NCBI GenBank assembly: GCA_002327585.1
Contig: DCWL01000011.1
Location: forward strand, 8,746 to 72,745
Origin: Candidatus Phycocordibacter aenigmaticus
GTDB taxonomy: Bacteria; Patescibacteriota; Minisyncoccia; Phycocordibacterales; UBA2163
DNA length: 64,000 bases
Direction: 5' to 3'
Position numbers and translations under genes: made by a program. Below the pieces are notes generated by a model, which worked only from the letters and a program-made list of their open reading frames with translations, searched no databases and had not been told where the DNA came from. The stretch's first letter is position 1. The number at the start of each line of letters is the position of its first letter. Shown here in pieces: positions 18,423-28,021 of this stretch.

Positions 18423-19214
18423 TTAAAACAGTTTTCCTAATTCTTTCTTTTCCTCTCTATGTTTCTTTAGTAATATCTTTCCTGCGTCCTCCCTATATGG
18501 ACAATGCTCACAGAGCTCACCTTTTGCGGGAATCTCATCGCTTTCAAGTGTCTTTTTAATATCTCCAAGGACTTTTTCAATCCACGAACTGTCTCCTTTA
18601 TATGAGATTACATCAATATCAAATTCAAGTTTGCCATCAAAAGCCTCCCTGTCTTTCTTGCCATTAACATAGACAAAATACCCAGTATCTGAGACCTTAA
18701 ATCCATTGCATCTGAAAAGCCACTGATAAACTTCCATCTGCCTTTTGTACTGACCTCCCCACCTTCCTTCAAGCGTCGGTTTTTCCTTTTTACTTGTCGC
18801 TTTGTAGTCAACGACGAGAAGTTCTCCTTGCGGATTTACCCACACATCATCAATTGCGCCAAAAACAAGAAAATTTGTCAGTTTGTAGTGGCACTGTACG
18901 CCTGTGAAATTATTACGCCAATCATTGAGCTTCTCATTTTCAAATGGAATTGCATCAATATCATACGATTCCATAAGAGGATGTTTTGACTTTTGCACGC
19001 GATGAATGTCAAATTCTTTTTTAAGCAGATGGTCAACTGCAATATTTAAAGTGAAACCCGGAATTGAAGGTCTTTTTACGCCAAGCCTTTGGTCAAGATA
19101 AAAACAACGTGGACATTCAAGGAAAAAATCAATCTTTGTCCGGCTTATCTTAAATGGAGCACTAGAGCTCGGATTGTATATATTTCTTTTTTTAGCACTG
19201 TCGAAATGAGTCAT
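18423..19214 (-). CDS. Standalone PD-(D/E)XK nuclease (Cas4/RecB-like, Cys-bearing)
   Basis: CPRCFYL, GAIDD, VVDYKAT, QMEVY, CEHCPY; start set at MTHFD. Confidence 0.85.
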   Translation of the reverse strand: MTHFDSAKKRNIYNPSSSAPFKISRTKIDFFLECPRCFYLDQRLGVKRPSIPGFTLNIAVDHLLKKEFDIHRVQKSKHPLMESYDIDAIPFENEKLNDWRNNFTGVQCHYKLTNFLVFGAIDDVWVNPQGELLVVDYKATSKKEKPTLEGRWGGQYKRQMEVYQWLFRCNGFKVSDTGYFVYVNGKKDREAFDGKLEFDIDVISYKGDSSWIEKVLGDIKKTLESDEIPAKGELCEHCPYREDAGKILLKKHREEKKELGKLF

Positions 19215-19233
19215 ATTGAGTGCATTATAGCAC

Positions 19234-19260
19234 AAAACCGTCATCTAAATAGATGACGGT
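19234..19260 (-). terminator. Intrinsic terminator after the two small ORFs
   Basis: ACCGTCATCT/AGATGACGGT perfect 10-bp stem plus T-run. Confidence 0.75.
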
Positions 19261-19274
19261 ATAATACTTCCGAC

Positions 19275-19436
19275 TCATGCACAATTATCGTCCTTTTTCT
19301 CCTTCAAGCATGCAATGAAGTAAATTGTGAATATAGAGATTATTACAACAATAACAACTGCTGCAACAAACTTACTTGTCGGATTCCATGCAAGAGAATG
19401 CAATAAAATATCTGTATTGCTTGTATAATCTTCCAT
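19275..19436 (-). CDS. Small single-TM protein, 53 aa, absent from ORF track
   Basis: MEDYTSNTDILLHSLAWNPTSKFVAAVVIVVIISIFTIYFIACLKEKKDDNCA; SD AAGGA. Confidence 0.6.
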   Translation of the reverse strand: MEDYTSNTDILLHSLAWNPTSKFVAAVVIVVIISIFTIYFIACLKEKKDDNCA

Positions 19437-19439
19437 TTC

Positions 19440-19622
19440 TCATTCCTTCCATCCAACTATTTTTTCAGTGACAAATATAATAAAACCACATACAAGCCAT
19501 TCAATATAATCACTAATTGGCTTTCTGAATCTGTCTTTAGCTTCAGAATAAAAAACCAGGGGAATAGATATACTAAACAAGAAAGTAAATATAAATAGTA
19601 TTATAAAACTATAGATTGATAT
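19440..19622 (-). CDS. Small membrane protein, 60 aa, ATA start (or start-codon pseudogene)
   Basis: SD AAGGAGG 8 nt before an in-frame ATA; promoter TTGACA-17-TACTGT (19695-19667). Confidence 0.45.
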   Translation of the reverse strand: MSIYSFIILFIFTFLFSISIPLVFYSEAKDRFRKPISDYIEWLVCGFIIFVTEKIVGWKE

Positions 19623-19684
19623 TTATCTGCCCTCCTTTTTAATGAAAAGTTTGAATTCTGTTTTCTACAGTATTTTAAGAATAT

Positions 19685-20971
19685 CTACTTGTCAAGGATT
19701 AGTTCTATTTTTATTTTACTTGTCTTGTCTGGGAAAGATCTCTTCCAAACCGGCCTTAGAATCACTTCGGCTTGCCCAATGCTTGGATATCCTGTGAGAA
19801 TTGTAAGAAGTGCAGCTTTTGCCCTTCCGGAAAGATCACTCTTTAGCTTTTCTTCATCAAATATCCACACAATGTGCGCATTACCTTTCATGGTAAATTT
19901 AAATTCCCCGTCTTCCCACGGCCGGGCTTCTTCTTTATCCTGCGCATTGACTGCAAGAGTTGAGGTATCCGCAATCCTAACCGGCCCTTCATCAAATTCG
20001 GCGAGAGTTTTTTTAGCAATATACTCCGCAAACTTCTGCTTCTCAAACAACACGCCGTAAAGTGTCGCTTGTTCTATTATCTCAACTTCATTGCCGGACT
20101 CGGCATCAGGCTGTGATTCAAACTCAATAAAGATAATATCTTCAAAAAGATAAAATTCATCCGGCTTTTGCGAAAATGCTTCGGCAAGCAGCTGCTCTCT
20201 GAGCTCAGTATGAATTTCATTCTTTGCTTTTTCAGCCTCGGCAGGGTCGGCGGTTAATTTCTCTCCTACAAATCCTCCTGTCATAGGTGTTTTTGAACGG
20301 GCATAGAATTTTGCAAAACGTGGGGAACCCTTAAAGCCAGGAATAGTAAAATCCATAAGTCCTATATTGAACCCTTCTCCCGCTTCATCCGCATAAACTG
20401 TCACTTCAACGCTTCCAGGTACCTTCTCGCCATCCTCTGTTTTCTGCCCAGGCACAACTACTGACTTGTTTATTCTATATATCAGCCCTTCAGACGTTTC
20501 AAAACGGGTATTTTTTATAAGCCTTTGGCTTGAAGTATTGAAATCATTAAAGATGACAATCCTACCGGACGCCTTCTCTTCAATTTCCTCTCTTCCCGTT
20601 GCGGCAATCTTTTTGGAAGAGGTTTCTTCTATCGTCATAATCTCATAGGAAAGTTCCTCCGCACTTCCGTCAAGTACCGCAACAGAGGAGACGTCAATGA
20701 GCGTCCTGTTTTGTTTTGGAGTAATGATTACTTTCGCACCGGAGAAAAGAAGCGAAAACGCAAGCACTAAAACGATAATTACAATAACAGCGACAAACCA
20801 CAAAGCTATGCGCGATGAGTGTGGTTTTCTTATGACTCTGCCGTATCCTGCGTCATATTCAAAATCATCCTCCATTTTCTGAGGCCTTTGCACTCTTGCA
20901 TGAGAGCTCTGTATATTTCTTATTGTCCTTTTTTTAGGTGGGACTATGTCCTGAAATGAATCTTTTGCCAT
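19685..20971 (-). CDS. Membrane-anchored hypothetical protein, possibly baseplate J-like fold
   Basis: QDIVPP N-terminus, single TM, beta-rich extracellular part (KASG.I.IFN, GGF); follows the FtsA-like gene. Confidence 0.6.
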   Translation of the reverse strand: MAKDSFQDIVPPKKRTIRNIQSSHARVQRPQKMEDDFEYDAGYGRVIRKPHSSRIALWFVAVIVIIVLVLAFSLLFSGAKVIITPKQNRTLIDVSSVAVLDGSAEELSYEIMTIEETSSKKIAATGREEIEEKASGRIVIFNDFNTSSQRLIKNTRFETSEGLIYRINKSVVVPGQKTEDGEKVPGSVEVTVYADEAGEGFNIGLMDFTIPGFKGSPRFAKFYARSKTPMTGGFVGEKLTADPAEAEKAKNEIHTELREQLLAEAFSQKPDEFYLFEDIIFIEFESQPDAESGNEVEIIEQATLYGVLFEKQKFAEYIAKKTLAEFDEGPVRIADTSTLAVNAQDKEEARPWEDGEFKFTMKGNAHIVWIFDEEKLKSDLSGRAKAALLTILTGYPSIGQAEVILRPVWKRSFPDKTSKIKIELILDK

Positions 20972-21004
20972 ATATATCTGCAGTTAGATTATATCATATT
21001 TATA

Positions 21005-22225
21005 TCAAGCATTCACAATTTTGTGGAAAAACAATGTCTCTATTGCCAGAAATGAGTCGCATCTGGACTGCCCCACGGTAATACAATATTTATGCAATTG
21101 TTTCTCACTCAGCATCACAACCGTGAAGGGTTCTCCGGCGAGCGTGAGACCGCTGAATTCATCTCTTTTTATCACACCTTCAAACCATTTACCTATGTCC
21201 TCATCAACAGTTAAAAAGATTGTTCTCGGAAGTGACAATCCTTCAGAGAGATCTGTCAATGTTTTTCTAAAGGAAGTAAGCCAGCGCTTTTCAGCACTAT
21301 CAAGTATTGTCTTTATCTTTGCTGATTCGGCTCCTCTTGTTTTGCCTTCAAGAAAAGTTCTGATTAGGGAATTCGCCTCCTCGGCAATTGTATTAAGCGC
21401 TTCTAGAACTTGCCGAGTCAGAAAATTTCTCCCAAGAGGAAATGATGCGGTGCTGTAGAGCATCTCATCGCGCACAAGAGATATGTCGGTAACTTCTCCT
21501 CCTATGTCCATGAGAAGAAAATTCTTTTTCGTGTGGAATATATCTCGAACTACGGAGAATGAAACCAGCGCAAAAGAATGGAAGGATATATTTTCCGTAT
21601 AAAAAGTTTTATCAATTATCTCCCTTATGTTCTCATACACGCTGCTGGAAATCTTACTCAAAAACAGTGAAAGTTCAACATTTGTGGCTTTTTTGTCATA
21701 AGGATTGTTTGTAGGATATCCATTAAGTCTTATCTGTGTAATATTCTTTTCAATCAATTTTGATTTCTTTAATTTTCTGTCTCCCTCTTCGTTTACGGAA
21801 TTTCCCTGAAATTCTTCATTGACATCCATAACAGCTTTTTCAATCTCTTTTTTTGACACATCAAAGTACTTCTCTTTTTTGAATTTAAGCAAATTTGTCT
21901 GTGACTTGTACCATGGAGATGAAAATATGCATAAAATTTTATTTATATTTCTCACTTCAATGCCTTCTCTTGCAAGGTTTGGTATACCTTTTTGCACAAT
22001 TTCAAGCGCAGCGTCCTGAAAAGAAGCAAACATTGATTTCATGAATATGTAGGAATGTATATTTTTTTTGTATGCAATTGGCGCGCGGGTGCTATACAGA
22101 ACCATCGGAATATTATCATCGGGAGAGACTGTGGCAAGAGCCGCACCGACACTTCCGCTGCCTATATCAAATATAACAAATGATTGCATCTTACCTTGAC
22201 TCTTAAGAGATTTTAGAAAAGACAT
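21005..22225 (-). CDS. Divergent FtsA/PilM-like actin-fold protein
   Basis: IFDIGSGSV and LMDIGGEVTDI phosphate-loop motifs. Confidence 0.7.
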   Translation of the reverse strand: MSFLKSLKSQGKMQSFVIFDIGSGSVGAALATVSPDDNIPMVLYSTRAPIAYKKNIHSYIFMKSMFASFQDAALEIVQKGIPNLAREGIEVRNINKILCIFSSPWYKSQTNLLKFKKEKYFDVSKKEIEKAVMDVNEEFQGNSVNEEGDRKLKKSKLIEKNITQIRLNGYPTNNPYDKKATNVELSLFLSKISSSVYENIREIIDKTFYTENISFHSFALVSFSVVRDIFHTKKNFLLMDIGGEVTDISLVRDEMLYSTASFPLGRNFLTRQVLEALNTIAEEANSLIRTFLEGKTRGAESAKIKTILDSAEKRWLTSFRKTLTDLSEGLSLPRTIFLTVDEDIGKWFEGVIKRDEFSGLTLAGEPFTVVMLSEKQLHKYCITVGQSRCDSFLAIETLFFHKIVNA

Positions 22226-22265
22226 AATCTCATTATATGAAAACTATATACACTGCGCAATGAAA

Positions 22266-23942
22266 TTATTCTAATATTGCTTTTATCCTGCGAACGCCGG
22301 CAGACACCGATTCTTCTTTTTTTATTTTGAATTCTCTGAGTTCGCTTGTGTTTTCTACATGAGGGCCTCCACAAGACTCCGTGCTGTAATTCCCTATTTT
22401 ATATACACGCCTTCCATCTGTCTCTTGGTACGTTACGGGAAGTTTTTCTTTTATTTTTTGATTCACTAAATCCTGCACTTTTTGTTTTTGTTCATCTGTC
22501 ATTTTCTCTCCCCAAGAGAAATCAAATCGCAACCTCTCGGAATTAATATTGCTCCCTTTTTGCCCAATATTATCGCCTAACACATCCTTAAGCGCCTGAA
22601 GTAACAAGTGCGTCGCCGTGTGGTATTTTGTGGACTCTATACCAGTATCTGCAAGTCCACCCTTAAATTTCTGCCCTGCGCCTGATCTTGAGAGTTTTTG
22701 ATGCTTTTTCATCTCCTCTTTAAAACCTTCCTCATCAACATTAATCCCCATTTCCTGCGCAAGTTCAATCGTCATCTCAATTGGAAAGCCGTATGTGGAA
22801 AACAAAATAAATGCGTCATGACCAGAAATATTGTTTTCTGATAATTTTTCAAATTCTTTTAATCCTTTTTCAAGCGTTTTTTTAAACTTTTCCTCTTCAT
22901 CATTTATCTTTTTTTCTTCGTCTGAAATATCGCTTAATTTAATCCCGAGTTTGTCAGCATATCGTACGGCTCTTCTTATGAGTCGCCGCAGAATATATCC
23001 CTGCTCGGTATTTGAGGGAACAACGCCGTCTGCGATTATAAACTCTGCCGCACGAATGTGGTCGACAATTACTCTGAAAGCTTTTTTATTTTCATTATAT
23101 GACTTACCGCTTGCTTTCTCGATTTTGCCAATTATAGATGAAAGTATGTCAATATTAAAAATATCACTATCATCATTTACCGCCGCAGTAATTCTCTCAA
23201 CCCCGCCTCCGAAATCAACATTCTTTGTCGGCAAGTGACTGAAGCTTCCGTCCTCCTGCTTTATATATTCCATGAAAACTGTATTTCCTATTTCTAAAAA
23301 TCTTCCGCACTCGCAGTTTGGGTGGCAATTCTCTCCAAATTTCTCGTCGTGCGCAGTGGCAAAGTCGTAAAACACTTCGGTGTCAGGACCTCCCGGCTCT
23401 CCTTTCGGCATTTTGTCTGGTTCTCCGGAGCGGCTCCACCAGTTATACTCTGCACCGTAATAAAAAATCCTTTCATCTTCTTTCATTTCAATACCTTTTC
23501 CGGCAAATAATTTTTCCCATATTAGAGCGCTCTGAGTATCTTTCGGAATTCCATTTTTCTTGTCTCCGGCAAATACGGTTATATATAATTTATTTGGATC
23601 AAGAGCTATCTCTTCTGTTAGAAACTCAAACAGCCACGGTAGCTGCTCTTGCTTAAAATAACTTCCGAAAGAAAAATTGCCGAGCATTTCAAAAAAAGTG
23701 GTATGCCTGTTGTCGCCAACTTCATCCATGTCTTCTGCTCTGAAGCATTTCTGCGAATTGGTTAAACTCGCGCCTTTCTCATGTTCTTTGCCCAGAAAAT
23801 ATGGCAAAAGTGGTTGCATACCAGAACTTGTAAAAAGAGTCGTTTGATCATTTTCAGGCAATAAAGACGCCGATTCAATTACGGTATGCCCACGCTTTTT
23901 AAAAAAGCGTATATATTTTTCTCTGACTTCATCTGCTGTCAT
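22266..23942 (-). CDS. alaS: Alanine--tRNA ligase (short form)
   Basis: LFTSSGMQP, RHTTFFEMLGN, DHIRA, GYILRRLIRR, HTATH, CGGPH; ends after the editing domain. Confidence 0.96.
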   Translation of the reverse strand: MTADEVREKYIRFFKKRGHTVIESASLLPENDQTTLFTSSGMQPLLPYFLGKEHEKGASLTNSQKCFRAEDMDEVGDNRHTTFFEMLGNFSFGSYFKQEQLPWLFEFLTEEIALDPNKLYITVFAGDKKNGIPKDTQSALIWEKLFAGKGIEMKEDERIFYYGAEYNWWSRSGEPDKMPKGEPGGPDTEVFYDFATAHDEKFGENCHPNCECGRFLEIGNTVFMEYIKQEDGSFSHLPTKNVDFGGGVERITAAVNDDSDIFNIDILSSIIGKIEKASGKSYNENKKAFRVIVDHIRAAEFIIADGVVPSNTEQGYILRRLIRRAVRYADKLGIKLSDISDEEKKINDEEEKFKKTLEKGLKEFEKLSENNISGHDAFILFSTYGFPIEMTIELAQEMGINVDEEGFKEEMKKHQKLSRSGAGQKFKGGLADTGIESTKYHTATHLLLQALKDVLGDNIGQKGSNINSERLRFDFSWGEKMTDEQKQKVQDLVNQKIKEKLPVTYQETDGRRVYKIGNYSTESCGGPHVENTSELREFKIKKEESVSAGVRRIKAILE

Positions 23943-23949
23943 GCCTTGC

Positions 23950-24183
23950 CTATGAGCCAATAAATTGAGATATGTATCCGTTTGCGTACATCTGCATCAC
24001 ATATCCTGCAATCATCAAGACGATTCCGGTAAGCGCAATCCTTTTCTCTCTTTTTATTGCGCAAAACACATCCTCATCAATCTTATGTTCTTTGACAATA
24101 TGCCTATGCACATTGAGAACTGCAAGTCCGATAAGGACTTCTCCTGTGATACTTAATGTCATTCCCCAAAATAATAAATCCAT
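23950..24183 (-). CDS. Small two-TM hypothetical protein
   Basis: Two hydrophobic segments; TATAAT shortly before MDLLF start. Confidence 0.7.
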   Translation of the reverse strand: MDLLFWGMTLSITGEVLIGLAVLNVHRHIVKEHKIDEDVFCAIKREKRIALTGIVLMIAGYVMQMYANGYISQFIGS

Positions 24184-24193
24184 AGTAGCTTTA

Positions 24194-25465
24194 TTATACC
24201 ACAAGTAATTTCTCAAGACCTTTCTCACGCTTTTTGGTAAAAGGGCCTATAAGTGCCAAATTGCTTTTCCTCGTTTTAAATATATCCCCTGCGACTCTCT
24301 TGATGTCGCGCGCGGAAACCTTTTGTATTTCATGAGCATATTCCTGCGGAGTCTTGAGTTTCTTTCCAAGCGCTTCTTCAAGCCCATAAAACTGAGCGCG
24401 GGCATGTGATGTTTCAAGACTTGAAAACAAATTTCCAATCAGATAATTTTTCACCTTTTTTAATTCCTTTTCGGAAACGAAAACACTTTTAACCAAGCGC
24501 ACCTCATCTAAAATAGCATGGAGTATTTCGGGAACCCTCCTATTATCAACGCCTGTATATATCGCCAAGTAGCCGTGATCAGTAAATACATCTAAGTCAG
24601 ACTTTATGTAATACCCTGCACCCAACTGATCGCGAATACGATGAAACAATCTTGAACTCATACCCGCACCTAAAACTCCAGCAAGGACAGTTGCAGCAGC
24701 ATTGTCTTTATGATTAGCATGATATGCTCTAAAACCTAAAATGAGATGTGTCTGGCTTGTCTTTTTTGTTTTAATAAGTATATTATTTTTTTTCTGCAAA
24801 TCTTTAGTTTTTTTCTTTCCATGTTTCTTTGATGTTGATATATCACTAAATACTTTCTTTATTTCACTAATAACTTTTTTTTCGTCTACTTTTCCCGCAA
24901 CAACTACGACAGTGGAAGATGCAACATAATTTTTCTTTCTGTAATTAATAAGATCTTTCCGTTTAATTTCCCTTATATTCTTCCGATTCCCTATTATAGG
25001 CCACCCTGCAGGTTGGTTGCCGTATAAAAGATCTGTGAAAACATCCCACACTTCGCGCTTGGGATTATCTTCATACATCTCTATCTCTCCGATAATCACT
25101 CCTCGCTCCTTTTCAATCTCTTCAGTAGGTAATGTAGCATTTAAATAGATGTCAGATAATACTTCTAATGCACTTTTAAAATGCCGAGCCTCTGTTTGAG
25201 CATAATATCCAGTATATTCATAACCAGTAAATGCATTGTATTGAGCACCGAGTCCATCAAGTTCTTCTGAGATTTCCCTTGAGCTCGATCTTTTTTCTGT
25301 TCCCTTAAACATTAGATGCTCAAGAAAATGCGATATGCCGTTTATATTTTTTGTCTCATATTTTGAACCTGTTTTTGTAAGTACCAAAACAGTTGTCGTC
25401 AAACTCTTCGGCATTGAAACCATTACAATCTTTAATCCATTTGAAAGTGTCTTAATCTTTTTCAT
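24194..25465 (-). CDS. M16 (pitrilysin) family zinc peptidase
   Basis: HFLEHLMFKGT (HxxEH), NAFT, SSRLF. Confidence 0.95.
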   Translation of the reverse strand: MKKIKTLSNGLKIVMVSMPKSLTTTVLVLTKTGSKYETKNINGISHFLEHLMFKGTEKRSSSREISEELDGLGAQYNAFTGYEYTGYYAQTEARHFKSALEVLSDIYLNATLPTEEIEKERGVIIGEIEMYEDNPKREVWDVFTDLLYGNQPAGWPIIGNRKNIREIKRKDLINYRKKNYVASSTVVVVAGKVDEKKVISEIKKVFSDISTSKKHGKKKTKDLQKKNNILIKTKKTSQTHLILGFRAYHANHKDNAAATVLAGVLGAGMSSRLFHRIRDQLGAGYYIKSDLDVFTDHGYLAIYTGVDNRRVPEILHAILDEVRLVKSVFVSEKELKKVKNYLIGNLFSSLETSHARAQFYGLEEALGKKLKTPQEYAHEIQKVSARDIKRVAGDIFKTRKSNLALIGPFTKKREKGLEKLLVV

Positions 25466-25933
25466 TTACTTGATACTGACGATTTTGTAGTTCATTTTGC
25501 CATTGGGAGTTGTAAACGAGAAAATTTCACTTTTTTTCTTCCCCATCATCGCCTCGCCCAATGGTGAAAGATGCGATATTTTTCTCTCCTGCATATTCGC
25601 CTCCTCAGAGCCGACAATATTGTATTCTCGTATTTCTTTTTCTCCTTCTTTTTGAATTTGAACTGTAGAACCTAAGCTAACTGCATCTTTGCTTTTCTGG
25701 TTAACTATTTTTGCGAACTTCAAAATGGAATCGAGCTTATTTATCCTGTCTTCCGTTGCGGCCTGAAGCTCACGCGCTTCATGATACTCGGCATTTTCTG
25801 ATATATCGCCAAGCGAGCGGGCGTATTCCAGATTTTCCGCAATTTCTTTTCTACGAGTTATTTTAAGAAAATCAAGCTCCTTCTGAAGCTCGTCAAATTT
25901 TTCTTTAGTCAGATATTCTTTTTCATCAAGCAT
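25466..25933 (-). CDS. greA: Transcription elongation factor GreA
   Basis: GDISENAEY, ISHLSPLG. Confidence 0.98.
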   Translation of the reverse strand: MLDEKEYLTKEKFDELQKELDFLKITRRKEIAENLEYARSLGDISENAEYHEARELQAATEDRINKLDSILKFAKIVNQKSKDAVSLGSTVQIQKEGEKEIREYNIVGSEEANMQERKISHLSPLGEAMMGKKKSEIFSFTTPNGKMNYKIVSIK

Positions 25934-26046
25934 AGTAATTCACTCTTTTATAAATTATTGATATTTAGTATATGTAAATAGAATAAAAAGTCAACAGTTT
26001 ATATGGGTTGATTAATTTTAAATATTAAAAACTTATTTTTTATCTT

Positions 26047-27747
26047 TTATTCTAAATATTCAGGAGTATTAATTGCCATCCATTCAAATAACTGCTTCAT
26101 CACAAAAAGTGCGCCAAGAGTATTTCCTCTTTTTCCCTTCTCCATTATAACAACAAAAGCAAATTTTGGATTCTCATAAGGAAAGAATCCCACAACCAGT
26201 GAGTTGACAAATTTTTTCATAGTTCCAAGCTCCGCCGTCCCAGTCTTTGCAGCAATCCTGACCTGTGGGATATTGAGCCCATTTCCTGTTCCATCTGTGA
26301 CAGCAAGACGCATTCCCTCTCTTACAACTTCAAAATACTTCTTGCGTACAGATACTCTTTTTGAATCTATGTCATCGTTTGTAAGCAGTGTGGGAGTAAG
26401 TAATTTTCCATCATTTGCGATTGCGGCAATTGCACGCACTGCCTGAAGTGGTGTCACCTGAAATCCGTACTGGCCTATTGCAGTATGATATGTATCCCCT
26501 ATCTTCCACTTGTCGCCTTTGAAGTTTTCGTCTTTCCATTTTGGATTCGGAATTACTCCTTTCTCTTCAGAGAGTGTATATTGTGGATAAATACCAGTGT
26601 CATTACCAAATCCGAACATTCTCATATATTTTTCAATATTTTTAATTCCCAGCCCCTTTTGCTTCTCATACCCTCCACCTATCTCATAGAAATACACATT
26701 GGATGAAACTGCAATTGCTTCTCTCATGTCAATAAGCCCATGTGCCTTCCAGTCAGAAAATACGGATTCTTTGTCAGGAAAATATGGATTGGGTATTGAT
26801 ATAGACCCAGTGCTTAAGATCTGCGTTTCCGGTTCAATAAGTTTTTCATTAAGCGCTGCGATAGCAAGATAAGGCTTTACAGTTGAGCCGGGCGTGTAAA
26901 GCCCTGAAACTGCTCTGTTTAAGAACGGTTTGTTTTCATTGTTCGTATAAATGCTGATTTCTTGTGCCGGAGCGCCATCAGAGAGTATTTGTGAGTCATA
27001 CTCAGGATAACTTGCCATAGATAAAATCTCTCCTGTATTTACATCCATAATCACGCCCGCACCGCCTGAAAACGGAGCCTTAAGTGCAATATCTTTTATA
27101 AATTCATAAAACTTGTTTTGTACTAATGCATCAATTGAAAGCGTTACATTATCTCCGTTTTCAGGTGAAAGAGTGACACTTTCTGATTGCACTTGCATTA
27201 AAGCGTCCGTCTCAACGATTTTGAGACCCTGTTTTCCATTTAAAATTTTATTATATATTTTCTCCACTCCGTCCTTTGCAATAAATTCCTCTTGGTAATA
27301 CACACCATAATCGTCTTTCAGTGGATATCCCACGTACCCCAAAGTATGCGAAAGTCCCGGCCTATCAATATATTTTCTGCGTGAGAAATCATCCTCATCG
27401 CTACGCACATTCCATGCAAGTTCCGTATTATTCCTATCGTATATGACGCCTCTGTCGGCAAAGATAACGGAATGCTTTAATCTGTTGTTCTCGCTTATAG
27501 ATGCATACATATCTCCGTCGGTTACCTGTAAATCCCATATCTTCCAACCGAATAAAATTCCTATAATTAAAAATGATATTCCGACAACAATTATCGCGCT
27601 TTTCGATATAGGTTTTTCAATGCGCCCTTCAAACTGATCTATATTAAACTCAGGCAAATTAGTGGAATCTATAAAAATCTCATCAGGCTCTATCTCGCGA
27701 TTTTTGTAATCTTTCTTGAATATTTTATTTTTTATTTTTCTAAGCAT
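26047..27747 (-). CDS. mrdA: Penicillin-binding protein 2
   Basis: PGSTVK, SSN, KTGT; follows mreBCD. Confidence 0.9.
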   Translation of the reverse strand: MLRKIKNKIFKKDYKNREIEPDEIFIDSTNLPEFNIDQFEGRIEKPISKSAIIVVGISFLIIGILFGWKIWDLQVTDGDMYASISENNRLKHSVIFADRGVIYDRNNTELAWNVRSDEDDFSRRKYIDRPGLSHTLGYVGYPLKDDYGVYYQEEFIAKDGVEKIYNKILNGKQGLKIVETDALMQVQSESVTLSPENGDNVTLSIDALVQNKFYEFIKDIALKAPFSGGAGVIMDVNTGEILSMASYPEYDSQILSDGAPAQEISIYTNNENKPFLNRAVSGLYTPGSTVKPYLAIAALNEKLIEPETQILSTGSISIPNPYFPDKESVFSDWKAHGLIDMREAIAVSSNVYFYEIGGGYEKQKGLGIKNIEKYMRMFGFGNDTGIYPQYTLSEEKGVIPNPKWKDENFKGDKWKIGDTYHTAIGQYGFQVTPLQAVRAIAAIANDGKLLTPTLLTNDDIDSKRVSVRKKYFEVVREGMRLAVTDGTGNGLNIPQVRIAAKTGTAELGTMKKFVNSLVVGFFPYENPKFAFVVIMEKGKRGNTLGALFVMKQLFEWMAINTPEYLE

Positions 27748-28021
27748 TATAAAATATGGTTCTTTTTTTAAGAAAATATGCTCCGATGAAAAATATTGCA
27801 AACAAGCTTACAAATATAAACTGGAAATTGAAAAAACTAGCAATGGGAGTGCTATATAGAATATCGGTAAACAATCCCCAAAATAATATCTCATATGCAT
27901 TAAAGTATGCTAAAAACGCAATTACAACAATTACCGTAAACCACCACGGCAAAAACAGAATGCTTGAGAATAAAAGAAGATTTAAAATAATCCTTAAGTA
28001 AAACACATTAAAATTAGTCAT
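27740..28021 (-). CDS. MreD-like membrane protein
   Basis: Hydrophobic, GLFTD motif, between mreC and mrdA. Confidence 0.6.
   Translation of the reverse strand: MTNFNVFYLRIILNLLLFSSILFLPWWFTVIVVIAFLAYFNAYEILFWGLFTDILYSTPIASFFNFQFIFVSLFAIFFIGAYFLKKRTIFYNA

Noticed and set aside
18423-19214. CRISPR-Cas locus
   Set aside because: No repeat-spacer array or other cas genes seen; the nuclease is standalone
26582-26590. Perfect DnaA box TGTGGATAA inside mrdA
   Set aside because: Single coding-region occurrence, compatible with chance
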